Assembly: GCF_006345805.1 (NCBI RefSeq) | Contig: NW_021836006.1 | Location: 1 to 26,570 of the forward strand | Direction: 5' to 3' | Origin: Octopus sinensis | Lineage: Eukaryota | DNA length: 26,570 nt | In this document: piece by piece, positions 1 to 10,273 of the stretch | How the letters are laid out: every line of letters begins with the position of its first letter | Numbering within the stretch: the stretch's first letter is position 1 | Translations under genes and position numbers: made by a program | Notes under the pieces: generated by a model | What the model was told of the DNA's origin: nothing | Databases searched by the model: none | Seen by the model: only the letters and a program-made list of their open reading frames with translations

Positions 1-304
1 ACTTGCTTTAATACACGTGGCTGTAACCTGTGAAACATATCTAAGTGAAGGCACTTGCTTTAATAGTCAATAACCATGGATCTGATGGATTCCCTGATTG
101 GCTCTATGTGGCTCTTCACCTCTCAGGGTCCTTTTCTTTGTTAATATATTATCATATGTTTTTACTGTATTTCTCACTTTGATGTAAACTCCTGTTTTAA
201 ATCACACCCTTGTATTTTCTTCAACGTCTTGAGCCCTCGTCACCAATAAAATTAATGATATATTTCTAACTTACATATAATAAAATCTTTTGAAGGTGGT
301 TTAT

Positions 305-360
305 TTTTTATTCTTTTATAAGTTTCAGCCCTAAGGCTGTGACCATACTGGAGTACCACC
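305..360 (-). mobile_element. Degenerate 3' end fragment of family A SINE
   Basis: The reverse complement resembles the family A tail GGCGGTGCTCCAGCATGGCCGCAGTCAAATGACTGAAACAAGTAAAAGAATAAAA seen at about 8365-8420. Confidence 0.45.
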
Positions 361-1294
361 AGTTTAAAAGTAAATCGCTGCATATAAATACATTTTAAGA
401 GATGAATAATATATTTTAAATTCAAATTTTAAATTGATCTGTTACACAGATCAATTTCAAATGGTTTGCTAGGCTGTGAGTCAGAGACAGTTGTGAGGTA
501 GTCATTGTGCCAATATGTGATGATCTTTGCTTTTATGTAAGCTACTGTGTGCTGTAAACCGTTGAGCACTGTAATCTGCAGGTTATATTGCTTAAGTGAC
601 ATAGTAATGAGTAACAATGATCGTTATAAAACGCCTTGAAAATTCGCAGCGTTTTTGTACGCCATTTTGTTAGTTCACTGTGCTTTCATTAACATTCTAA
701 ATAATGTCGTGCATTTACAGCCAGAAAAAAAAATTCTATTTTAAAGTATTTTATGACCTGAAGTAACAAGTTGCTGAACTTCTCATCAAATAAATTACAT
801 AAAATTAACATAATGAAGTTGGTAAATATTTTAATCATATAAACATGTAAAGGTGCAGTTTTGTAAATAAATTATTTATAAAGAACGACGTACTAATGTG
901 AGTTAACCGAGGAATAACAGTCACAGTAAAATAGATAAAAACAAACCTGACCTAACTGAAGATATTTTAAAAATTATCAGACATTACAATATATGATTGT
1001 TTTAGATAAAAATATATACAGGTATCTTCGTTTGTATTAATTATTCTTAAAGCAAACACAGGTGGCAAAGATTTAGTGAATTTTTAAGGTGAATTCATTG
1101 CTTACCACATTATCCACAGACATAGAGTTCAAACTTCAGTATGTTTGAACTGGTTCACTGATGTTTCTCTCTACGACTGTGTTCAGCATTTATTTTATGT
1201 ATTAGTGTTTCGTCATTTAGATAAAAGAAGGGTCGAGAGGGAACGAATGTTGGGCCGCGATTAGAGTATTAACTGGCCTTAATCCAGACTCTGT

Positions 1295-1556
1295 ACACAC
1301 ACACACACACACACACAAGCGTGCGAGCGCACACACACACACGTACACACGCACATAAATGTGTATATATAACGGAGTGAAAAGTAAACAAGTTGTTACA
1401 TCACAGGTTTTGTTCCTCAACGATATGTGTGTGGATATATATGTATATATATATATATCTATATATATATATATATATATAATATATATATATATATATG
1501 TACGTGTGTGTGTGTGTGTATGTATGTATATATGTGTGTGAGTACTATTATAAAAA

Positions 1557-1588
<32 letters not shown>

Positions 1589-1640
1589 TATATATACATA
1601 CATATATATATATACACATGTATACATATATACACATTCA
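1295..1640. repeat. Compound (CA)n/(TA)n/(TG)n microsatellite
   Basis: Directly visible dinucleotide arrays; they account for the YI/TH/CV-rich ORFs here. Confidence 0.95.
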
Positions 1641-1835
1641 CTTCTAACTAATACCCGTGCACGCTAGCCCCCTCTCTCTTTCTTTCTTTCTCTCTCTCTC
1701 TCTCTATGTATGTATATCTACTGTAACCCCCCTCCTCTCTATCTAGCAACTACATAAGTATATTGATGTTGATTACATTGAGTGAATAATTCAATTTCAG
1801 TGAAAAGTGTTACATTTATTCATGTAGCGAAGGAA

Positions 1836-1851
1836 CAACAACTACAACAGC

Positions 1852-1885
<34 letters not shown>

Positions 1886-1965
1886 TAAAACAGAATTCCT
1901 TAGAGGATTCACCAATGCCACACCGGCAACAGCAACAGCAACAACAACAGCAACCGAAGCAGAAG
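1836..1965 (+). repeat. (CAA)n and (GCAACA)n low-complexity tract
   Basis: CAA array at about 1836-1885, followed by GCAACA-type repeats. Confidence 0.9.
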
Positions 1966-2344
1966 CAAGACCATTTGCAGGTACACCATTAGAGTAGCAG
2001 AAGGTACGCCATTGCAGCTGCAGAAATCAATATAGCACAGAATTTTTTCTCTCTTGTATATTGTAGATCAAAAGGCGAATATTCGAAAGAAAAGACAAAA
2101 AAAAAAAAAAACAACGCAAGGAGAGCTTCGGAATCTACATTAAAATACGAAGACGACGAAGTTATTTTATGTTTGTTTGTTTTTGGGTTTTTTTTTTTTC
2201 ATATTTAACAACATCCATTTGGTAAGGTAAAGAGCGAGAAAACTGTGTGGACACACTCGGTATCCTAGAAATAACAGCGAACTCTCTCTCTCTCTCTCTC
2301 TCTGAAAAATCATATCTTAACGTCTTGAAATACAAACAAAAAAT

Positions 2345-2347
2345 AGC

Positions 2348-2390
<43 letters not shown>

Positions 2391-2611
2391 TGATAATAAT
2401 AATAATAATATCAATAATAATAATAATAATATTAATAGCAATAATTATAATAATAATATAATATTATTAATAATAATAATAATAATAATAATAACAATAA
2501 TAATGATAATAATAATAATAATAATAATATAAAATAATAATAATAATAATGATAAAATAATAATAATATAATAATAATAATTATTAATAAAATAATAATA
2601 ATAATAATAAC

Positions 2612-2664
<53 letters not shown>

Positions 2665-2680
2665 TAATAATAATAATAAC
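2345..2680. repeat. (AAT)n microsatellite
   Basis: Directly visible, about 335 bp, imperfect. Confidence 0.95.
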
Positions 2681-2835
2681 GAAAAGAAAAGAAAAGAAAA
2701 GAAAGAAAACATTGTGTTTTTTAACTCAAAAGTCTTTGAGATGTTTCTCTGAGATAAAATATTACAGCAGTGCAGTCCCACGTTTGTATACGCGTTATAA
2801 ATGTTATATATACCGGAAGTAACCCTTTGTAGTAT

Positions 2836-3040
2836 AGGCACACGGCCAGAAATTTTGAAGGAGGAAGCTTGTCGACTGCATCGACTCATGTGTTCAGCTG
2901 GTGCTTATTTTATTGACCTCGAAATGACGATTGACAAAGTCGACTGCGGCTGAATTTGAACTCATAACGTAAATAGTCAAAAGAAATATTGCTGAGCATT
3001 TTGCCCGACGTGCTAACGATTCCGCCACCTCGCCGCCTTA
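2836..3040 (-). mobile_element. Family B tRNA-derived SINE, full length, diverged
   Basis: The reverse complement starts AAGGCGGCGAGGTGGCGGAATCGTTAGCACG, has a B-box-like GAGTTCAAATTC and the GTCGACTTTGTC body, and aligns by eye to the + copies at 4487 and 5239. Confidence 0.9.
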
Positions 3041-3070
3041 AACGCGTATATGAATAATCGTTTCTGTTTT

Positions 3071-3186
3071 AGGCGCACGGTCTGAAACTTTGAAGGAGGA
3101 AGTGAGTAGGTTACATCGACCCCAGTGTTCAAACGGTACTTATTTTATCGACCTCACAACGATGAAAGGCAAAGTCGACCTCGACG
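3071..3186 (-). mobile_element. Family B SINE, 3' half only
   Basis: Contains ATCGACCCCAGTG...GATGAAAGGCAAAGTCGACCTCG. It stops where the Helitron-like element starts, and I see no continuation beyond that element. Confidence 0.85.
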
Positions 3187-3190
3187 TATA

Positions 3191-3583
3191 TCTCTTTATA
3201 TATAAAGCTGAAGTTGTCTGTGTATGGCAGGTTTGGTAACCTTCAACAAACACTATCTCCTCCGAGACCCTGCGGCGCAAGTTGACAAAAATTGAGAGTA
3301 TGATAGAAGAAGACTTGCTCTTCCTTCCGTAGAAGAAAAAATTTAAATCGGACCATGTTAATACCAAAAATTATTTACATCAAAAAGGTGCTTTTTTTTC
3401 TATGAAAATCCCTATTTTCTACGATTTTTTGACTGCTGTGCCGTCATTTTTCGGTGTATTTCAACCAGAAAAATGTTCATTTAAAGAGAATAACAAGCTA
3501 CATAATGCAAAATTTTTACTTTTCAAAAATTCCAATTCTAAAGGGTCGAAACAAACCCGAGCAACGCCGGGCGATACTGCTAG
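3191..3583 (+). mobile_element. Non-autonomous Helitron-like element
   Basis: 5' TC after an A (3190), 3' CTAG (3580-3583) before a T, GC-rich hairpin CCCGAGCAACGCCGGG at 3556-3571 just upstream of CTAG, and no TSD. These are the established Helitron terminal signatures. The termini are shared with 10544-10848. Confidence 0.8.
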
Positions 3584-3944
3584 TTAATGATAAACATAGT
3601 TGGATGATGAAGTCCTGGATAAATTATATCTGTATTGTGAATTTAAATACTTTTGATCATAGTTCTGAACAATGACAACAGCAGAAACAATGACAGAGAT
3701 ACAGTAAGTGTCTTAAGTTACTAACAATCTAAATAACTACAACAACCTTGACATAGATACAATGAGAATCTTGAGTTACACTTGTTTGACAAATAAGTGA
3801 TTCAATCTGAGGTGGTGACTAAAATATTTGTATTGAGCTCGAGTCATTGCAGACAGCAAAGAACACACGCATGTAGATATTGGCTTAAACATTATTTTGC
3901 TATGAAAAAAAAAGAAGTTAATAATTGTCTCTGACAAAGAAAAA

Positions 3945-4052
3945 AAGGTAGAAATTTTGAAGGAGTGAGTTAGTCGATTTAATCGATTTAATCGATCATA
4001 ACGTGAGACTAGACTTTATCGATATATTTTATAGACTCTGGAGGGATGAAAG
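3945..4052 (-). mobile_element. Highly degenerate family B SINE fragment
   Basis: GAAATTTTGAAGGAG...AGTCGATT...GGGATGAAAGACAAAG matches the reverse complement of the family B body and tail. Confidence 0.5.
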
Positions 4053-4071
4053 ACAAAGATGAATAATAACA

Positions 4072-4091
4072 GTAACATCAATAACAACACA

Positions 4092-4141
<50 letters not shown>

Positions 4142-4144
4142 GTA

Positions 4145-4192
<48 letters not shown>

Positions 4193-4195
4193 GTA

Positions 4196-4247
<52 letters not shown>
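4072..4247. repeat. (AAT)n microsatellite, probably an expanded SINE tail
   Basis: Directly visible; abuts the 3' end of the minus-strand SINE at 4248. Confidence 0.95.
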
Positions 4248-4248
<1 letters not shown>

Positions 4249-4463
4249 CCTCTCTACTCTAGGTACAAGGCTTGAAATTTGGGGGAGGGGGACTAGTCGA
4301 TTTCATCAACCCCAGCATTTCACTGGTATTCGATTTATCGACCCCGAAAGAATGAAAGGCAAAGTCAATCTCGGCGGAATTTGAACTCAGAACGTAAAGA
4401 CGGATGATATGTCGATAAGCATTTTGCCCACTGTTCTAACGATTCTGCCAGCTCGCGGCCTTA
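4248..4463 (-). mobile_element. Family B SINE, full length
   Basis: Reverse complement reads AAGGCCGCGAGCTGGCAGAATCGTTAG...GAGTTCAAATTCCGCCGAG...CCTTGTACCTAGAGTAGA, followed by (ATT)n. Confidence 0.92.
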
Positions 4464-4486
4464 ACAGTAATAATAATAATGTTTTC

Positions 4487-4711
4487 AAGGCGGCGAGCTG
4501 GCAGAAACGTTAGCACGCCGAGTGAAAGGCTTAGCAGTATGTCGTCAGTCCTTACGTTCTGAGTTCAAATTCCACCGAGGTCGATGTTGCCTTTTATCCT
4601 TTCAACGTCGATAAAAATAAGTACTAGTTGCGTACTAGGGTCAATCTAATCGACTGGCCACCTCTCCAAAAATTTCAGCCTTGTGCCTAGAGTAGAAAAT
4701 AATAATAATAA
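4487..4711 (+). mobile_element. Family B SINE, full length
   Basis: AAGGCGGCGAGCTGGCAGAAACGTTAGCACGCCG head, GAGTTCAAATTCC B-box, body GAGGTCGA...CCTTT...GTCGATAAA...AAGTAC, tail CCTTGTGCCTAGAGTAGAAA(AAT)n. The body resembles, from recall, the conserved domain of Meta/Sauria-type SINEs. Confidence 0.92.
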
Positions 4712-4725
4712 TGGTTTTAAATTAT

Positions 4726-4917
4726 GGCACATTCCAGAAATTTCGGCAGAAATCACATCGACCCCAGTACTCAACTGTTACTTATTTTATCGACCATGAA
4801 GTGACAAAAGACAAAGTCGACCTCGGCGGATTTTATAATTCAGATCGCAAGGACGGACGAAATGCCGCTAAGCATTTTGCCCGGCGCGGTAATCATTCTG
4901 CCGGGACCCCACCTTAA
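4726..4917 (-). mobile_element. Family B SINE, diverged
   Basis: Contains ATCGACCCCAGTAC, AAAGTCGACCTCGGCGG and GACGGACGAAATGCCGCTAAGCATTTTGCCCGGCG...CCTTAA. Confidence 0.88.
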
Positions 4918-5176
4918 ACAATAACAGTGGTAATGGATCTCTTCGGTTGCTATCACAGATTTCGTGTTTTTTCAATTTTGTTCCAATTGTTTCCAAATTT
5001 GGTTATACCGATTAAGCTTTCTACACCAATTATGAAAATGAAATTCATTTTTACCGTGAATTAATAGATAAATAAAAAGTTAATAGATTTTTAAAGTCTG
5101 CAAAGTTTGGTTAATTTTAGCCGATCGAAAACCACCATTATACATCATGACCGTAAATTTCACATTGGTGTCTGTT

Positions 5177-5870
5177 CGTAGGTGTGGCTGTGTGGTAAGA
5201 AGCTTGCCTCCCTGAAGTATTCTATTTGGCGACCATCTTAAGGCGGCGAGCTGGCAGAAAGATTAGCACTCCGGGCGAAATGCTTAGCGATATTTTGTCT
5301 GCTGCTACGTTCTGAATTCAGATTCCGCCGAGGTCGACTTTACCTTTGATCCTTTCGGGGTCGATAAATTAAGTACCAGTTACGCACTGGGGTCGATGTA
5401 ATCGACTTAATCTTTTTGTCTGTCCTTGTTTGTCCCCCTCTATGTTTAGCCCCTTGTGGGCAATAAAGAAATAAAGAAATAAGAAGTTTGCTTCCCAAGC
5501 ACATGACTCCGGGTTCAGTCCCACTGCGTGGCACCACCTTGGGCAAGTGTCTTCTACTATAGCTCCGTGCCAACCAAAGCCTTGTGAGTGGATTTGATAG
5601 ATGGAAACCGAAAGAAACCTCACATATATTAAATGTGCATGTGTGTGTGTGTGTGTGTGTGGTGTGTGCTTGTCCCCTATTACCGCTTGATAACCGTTGT
5701 TGGTGTGTTTACATTTCCGTAACTTGACGGCTCGGCAAAAGAGGCCGATAGAATAAGAACCAGGCTTTTTAAAACAGTAAGTACTGGGTTCGATTCATCC
5801 GACTAGAAATTCCTCATGGTGGTACCCCAGCATGGCCGCAATGTAATGACTGAAACAAGTAAAAGACAGA
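5177..5870 (+). mobile_element. Family A CORE-like tRNA-derived SINE, interrupted by a family B insertion
   Basis: The head GTGGCTGTGTGGTAAGAAGCTTGC resumes at 5480 with GGGTTCAGTCCCACTGCGTGGCACC and a MIR-CORE-like CCTTGGGCAAGTG motif, then an internal (TG)n and a tail ending GACTGAAACAAGTAAAAG. Confidence 0.88.
5213..5479 (+). mobile_element. Family B SINE (alternative tail) nested in the family A SINE
   Basis: Head starts at 5239. Flanked by a 17-bp duplication with 2 mismatches: TAAGAAGCTTGCCTCCC (5196-5212) and TAAGAAGTTTGCTTCCC (5480-5496). Confidence 0.9.
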
Positions 5871-6071
5871 AAATGAAGATGAAGCAAAACTGTAGTCTTG
5901 CCCGTTTTCGGTGCTGCGCCTATGCTACTGTGACACTTCCGACACTGCAACTAGGACCAAAGTTTGGTCGAGCATCGTTTTTTTTTTGCTGTTATTAACA
6001 GACTGTGTGCAACTAGAGTATGAGACCAGGTGATGCTGTTCATATACTGTGGGTTCAAACTGTATCTAATT

Positions 6072-6262
6072 CAGGTACAAGGACAGGAATTTTGAGGAAA
6101 GGTTGTGGATCGATATCATGAACTTTAGTATGTGACTGGTACTTTCTTATAACTAGGAAGGATGAAGGGCAAAAGTAACTTCAGTGGACTGAACACAAAT
6201 AGCCGGAACAAATTACGCGAAGCATTTTGCCCGACGCTAACGTTTCTGCTAGTTCATGCCTT
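6072..6262 (-). mobile_element. Degenerate family B SINE
   Basis: AGGTACAAGG...GGATGAAGGGCAAA...AAGCATTTTGCCCGACGCTAACGTTTCTGCTAGTTCATGCCTT matches the family B reverse complement. Confidence 0.75.
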
Positions 6263-7142
6263 TTTTGTGGGTTCAAATTAGAGGAATTTCGTTGTTTCTG
6301 GTGCGGGGCCATACATGGAAATTTCAGAAAGCAAAGAAGCCGCTATGCGTTACTAAACCTACAAGAAAAAGAAGTCAAATCTTTTTCAAATCATACCCAA
6401 GAATCTTAATAAAACTAGTACATTGGGAAATGTAATCCCCGATAGATTGTGTCTGAATAAAAGGCGGGGTGGTTAAAGTGGAATTACTTTTGATTAAGGA
6501 TGATCTGAGACTAAACAAAAAAGGCTACAATTTTGCTTCAGTTCGTATTAACGGTGATAGGAAGAAGGCATTCTTTCATCGGGGAATGTTAACTGAGATA
6601 AACAGGCTTCCTATCCCGGAGAATATATATCTCACACCATGAAATCAGAGCTAAGCACTCGCCTTGAAAAAAAAATGCCTTGATATTTCTACACTGTCAC
6701 AGTTCACCTGAGTTATCATGAAGCAATAGGTACCAGATACCATATCAATGTTATCTATGAGAGATCTGTAATATCTCCAAGGGTGGGTGGAGCTTCATCG
6801 CTCATCCGTTTAATATTACAGAGGCTTAACGAGTATTGACACTATTTTTGTCTGGTTTAAGTTATTTAAATTATTTATATATTTGACATTTTAACCTAAC
6901 CCAAACGTCTCAACCATCTGCAATGCAGGAGGCAGGGGGAAGAGAAGGGGGGGGGGGGGGTAGAAGGATACAAAAATACCCCTGCCAGGTTTCAGTGTGC
7001 ACCGGGTTACATTTTGAGAGAATTTAGGTAAATGAGACACGAGAACACGGTCAGCATACACTCCGCTATTCTCCTACTGACAATTCATTCAATAGTTGTG
7101 TATTGTTTACAAAAAAAAAAAACATTAGAACTATCCGCTGAT

Positions 7143-7144
7143 GA

Positions 7145-7200
<56 letters not shown>

Positions 7201-7338
7201 TAGTAGTAGTAGCAACAGCAGAGACAGTGGTGGTGACTGTTGCAATAATAGTGATGGTGGCGGTGATAATTGTTATAGCAGTTGTGGTAGTAGCAGTTGT
7301 AGTGGTTGTGGTGGTAGTGTTGTTGATGTAGTGGCAGA

Positions 7339-7390
<52 letters not shown>

Positions 7391-7565
7391 TAGTTGCTGC
7401 AGCAGCAGTAGTGGTAGTAGTAGTAGTAGTAGTGGTAGTAGTAGTAGTAGTAGTAGTAGTAGTTTCTGCCGCAGCAGTAGTAGTGGTGGTAGTAGTAGTA
7501 TAGTAGTAGTAGTAGTAGTAGTAGTAGTTGCTGCAGCAGCAGTAGTAGCAGTGGTGGTGGTAGTG

Positions 7566-7600
<35 letters not shown>
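7143..7600. repeat. (TAG)n/(TGG)n trinucleotide microsatellite complex
   Basis: Directly visible; source of the poly-S/V/T/L/Y ORFs. Confidence 0.95.
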
Positions 7601-7601
<1 letters not shown>

Positions 7602-7909
7602 TGCGCCATATTATAATATGCTACCTTATTTATATAAAGATGTTACTTGGTCGCTCTACATGTTACGTATTATTTCTATTATGAGGAATTGAAGTCAGTT
7701 CATTGTGCTGCCTCGCATTTTGTTTTTTATGCTTGAAATTACATTCCTGACGTATTTGGGGAAGTAATATGATATATGATAAATACGCACACACACATAC
7801 GTGTGTGTGTGTTTGTGTATGTGTGTGTGTGGATATATGTGTGCATGCATATCTATATGTATATACGTAAACACGCGTGTGTATATATATATATATATAG
7901 ATAGATAGA

Positions 7910-8072
7910 TAGGAGTGGCTGTGTGGTAAGTAGCTTGCTTACCAACCACATGGTTCCAGGTTCAGTCCCACTGCGTGGCACCTTGGGTAAGTGTCTTCTA
8001 CTATAGCCGGGCCGGGCACCTTGAGTGGATTTGGTAGACGGAACTGAAAAAAGCCTGTCGTATATATATATA

Positions 8073-8124
<52 letters not shown>

Positions 8125-8420
8125 ATACATATATATATACATGTATGTATGTATGTATGTATGTATGTATGTATGTATGTATGTATGTATGTATGTATGT
8201 ATGTATGTATGTGTGTGTGTCTGTGTTTGTCCCCTCAACATTTCTTGACAACCGATAGTGGTGTGTTTACATCCCCATAACTTTACGGTTCGGCAAAAGA
8301 GACCGATAGAATGAGTACTAGGCTTACAAAGAATAAGTCCTGGGGTCGATTCGCTCGACTAAAGGCGGTGCTCCAGCATGGCCGCAGTCAAATGACTGAA
8401 ACAAGTAAAAGAATAAAAGA
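7910..8420 (+). mobile_element. Family A SINE, full length, with internal (TA)n(TGTA)n
   Basis: TAGGAGTGGCTGTGTGGTAAGTAGCTTGCTTACCAACCACATGG head, CCTTGGGTAAGTG core, internal microsatellite at about 8061-8220, tail to GACTGAAACAAGTAAAAGAATAAAAG. Confidence 0.93.
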
Positions 8421-8421
8421 G

Positions 8422-8557
8422 TATATATACATACATATATATATATATACCATGCATGCACACAAGCAGAGGTGTGCACACACACGTACACATACACACA
8501 CACATATACACACATGGTTGAAGGTGCAGAAGGTGCAATAGGTGCATTGGTACTATC

Positions 8558-8589
<32 letters not shown>

Positions 8590-8800
8590 TACTACTACCA
8601 TCAAGGCCACCATCATCACCACCACTACTACTATTAGAGCTACCACCACTATGACTCTCACTGCTGCCACCATCACCACCACTACCGCTAACATCATCAC
8701 AATCATCGCAGCGACCAACCACCCTCATGTGAGTACGTGCGTGCGTGCGTGCGTGCGGTGCGTGCGTGCATGTGTGTAACATATAAAAGTACATATACAT
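8422..8800. repeat. Mixed (TA)/(CA)/(CTA)/(CAC)/(GCGT) microsatellites
   Basis: Directly visible. Confidence 0.85.
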
Positions 8801-8851
8801 ATTATGCAAATTACCCGAGACCAAAATGGTAAATTAGCAGAACATACATGA

Positions 8852-9228
8852 TTGGTACTCCGTCGGTTACGACGACGAGTGTTCCAGTTGATCCGATCCA
8901 CGGAACAGCCTGCTCGTGAAATTAATGTGCAAGTGGCTGAGTACTCCACAGACACGTGTACTTCTAACGTAGTTCTTGGTGAGGGGGGGTTCAGTGACAC
9001 ACAGTGTGACAAGACTGGCTCCTTTGAAATACAGGTACAACAGAAACAGGAAGAAATAGTGAGAGAAAGTTGTGGTGACAGAGTACAGCAGGGGTCGCCA
9101 CCAACCCCTGCCGGAGCCTCGTGGAGCTTTAGGTGTTTTCGCTCAATAAACACTCAAAACGCCCGGTCTAAGAATCGAAACCGCGATCCTACGACCGCTG
9201 CCTTAACCACTGTGCCATTGCACCTCCA
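8852..9228 (-). mobile_element. Family C tRNA-derived SINE, full length
   Basis: Reverse complement reads GGAGGTGCAATGGCACAGTGGTTAAGGCAGCGG...GGTTTCGATTC (A and B boxes)...GAGCGAAAACACCTAAAGCTCCACGAGGCTCCGG...GTCGTAACCGACGGAGTACC; collinear with 22669-23061. Confidence 0.93.
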
Positions 9229-9351
9229 CACACACACACACACCACACACCACACTAATATATATATATATATAATATTGTGAAATATATATATATATAT
9301 ATGTATACATATATGTATATATATACATATATGTATATATATACATATATG

Positions 9352-9418
<67 letters not shown>

Positions 9419-9580
9419 GTATATATATGCATATATATATATCACACATATATGTGGTGCATATATATATATATGTATGTATAAGTATATATATATAAAT
9501 TATCTTAATTACATATAGTATCGTCTCTGTGTGTGTATGTGTGTGTGTGTGTGTGTGAGTGTGTGTGTGTGTGTGAGTTG
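9229..9580. repeat. (CA)n/(TA)n/(TG)n microsatellites
   Basis: Directly visible; includes three exact 18-bp units at 9304-9357. Confidence 0.95.
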
Positions 9581-9723
9581 AGGAGTTAAAGTTAAAATTT
9601 AATAACCAACCTAAAGGAGAAAAATTAATCAATATTTTTAATCATAGTTTACATTTCAGTATTTGTACAGGTGTTGTCGAGGTGTTTGTTAAGTAACACG
9701 CAAAAGCACACATCATAATATTA

Positions 9724-9773
<50 letters not shown>

Positions 9774-9989
9774 GTGTCTGTGTGTGTGTATGGAAAGAGA
9801 GAGAGAGAGAGATAAGGGGGAAAAAGATAAACTATTTTCAAGATATTTACTGTCGTTAATCTATAATTAAATATCAAACGGGGGCGAAATTTAACAGAAA
9901 CAGCAAAGCATCTAAATTTCATTTAAGTATTTTTCACTCTAGATTTTCGACCGTTCCAGACGGGTTCGATCAAACTTCTGATATAACAT

Positions 9990-10273
9990 TGCCATTACTA
10001 GTTCTCTGGAAATGCATCCAACTTCGTTTATCACGGAAGTGGGGGGTGGAAGCTGGTTCCGGGGAAAAAACAGTGGTAAATCAATTATCTCCACACACTT
10101 TGTAAATGGAGTGAATGGTAGATTCATCGACACTAAACTCGCGGCCCACAATAGCGAAGCTTCCATCACGCATTTTCTTGGTAATCTCTGTCTTTTCCTT
10201 GAAAGAATACACTCGTCTGCTTCGTTTGTTAAAATCAGACGACTTCGTATTTCTCTCTGTTCACGGATCCCAT
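9990..10273 (-). pseudogene. pogo/Tigger-like transposase N-terminal HTH relic
   Basis: The minus frame 10218-10084 reads RRVYSFKEKTEITKKMRDGSFAIVGREFSVDESTIHSIYKVCGDN*, matching the CENP-B/Tigger N-terminal pattern (R..Y...EK.EI.....G.S...V.REF.V.ESTI.SI.K). The ATG at 10273 is out of frame by one base and stops follow. This is not in the ORF track. Confidence 0.72.

Noticed and set aside
14-103. Promoter suggested by an E-box (14-19) and a reverse CCAAT box (94-103)
   Set aside because: These are short motifs at the window edge with no TSS or gene evidence, and a 13-nt direct repeat at 1-13 and 53-65 adds nothing decisive.
1110-1118. DnaA box TTATCCACA
   Set aside because: A single 9-mer in eukaryotic repeat-rich DNA with no bacterial origin context; expected by chance.
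3650-3710. 41-nt exon between CATAG and GTAAGT (a similar GTAAGT occurs at 14108)
   Set aside because: Splice-like words are frequent in AT-rich DNA, and there is no homology or partner exon to support them.
4935-5136. A second Merlin-like MITE (GGATCTCTTCGGTT ... CGAAAACCACC)
   Set aside because: The left end resembles the 22204 TIR, but the two ends do not pair well and no TSD is visible.
6280-6440. CR1/L2 ORF2 C-terminal RGH motif (VRGHTWKF...)
   Set aside because: Only three residues match, and the expected FF..R....WN.LP continuation is absent.
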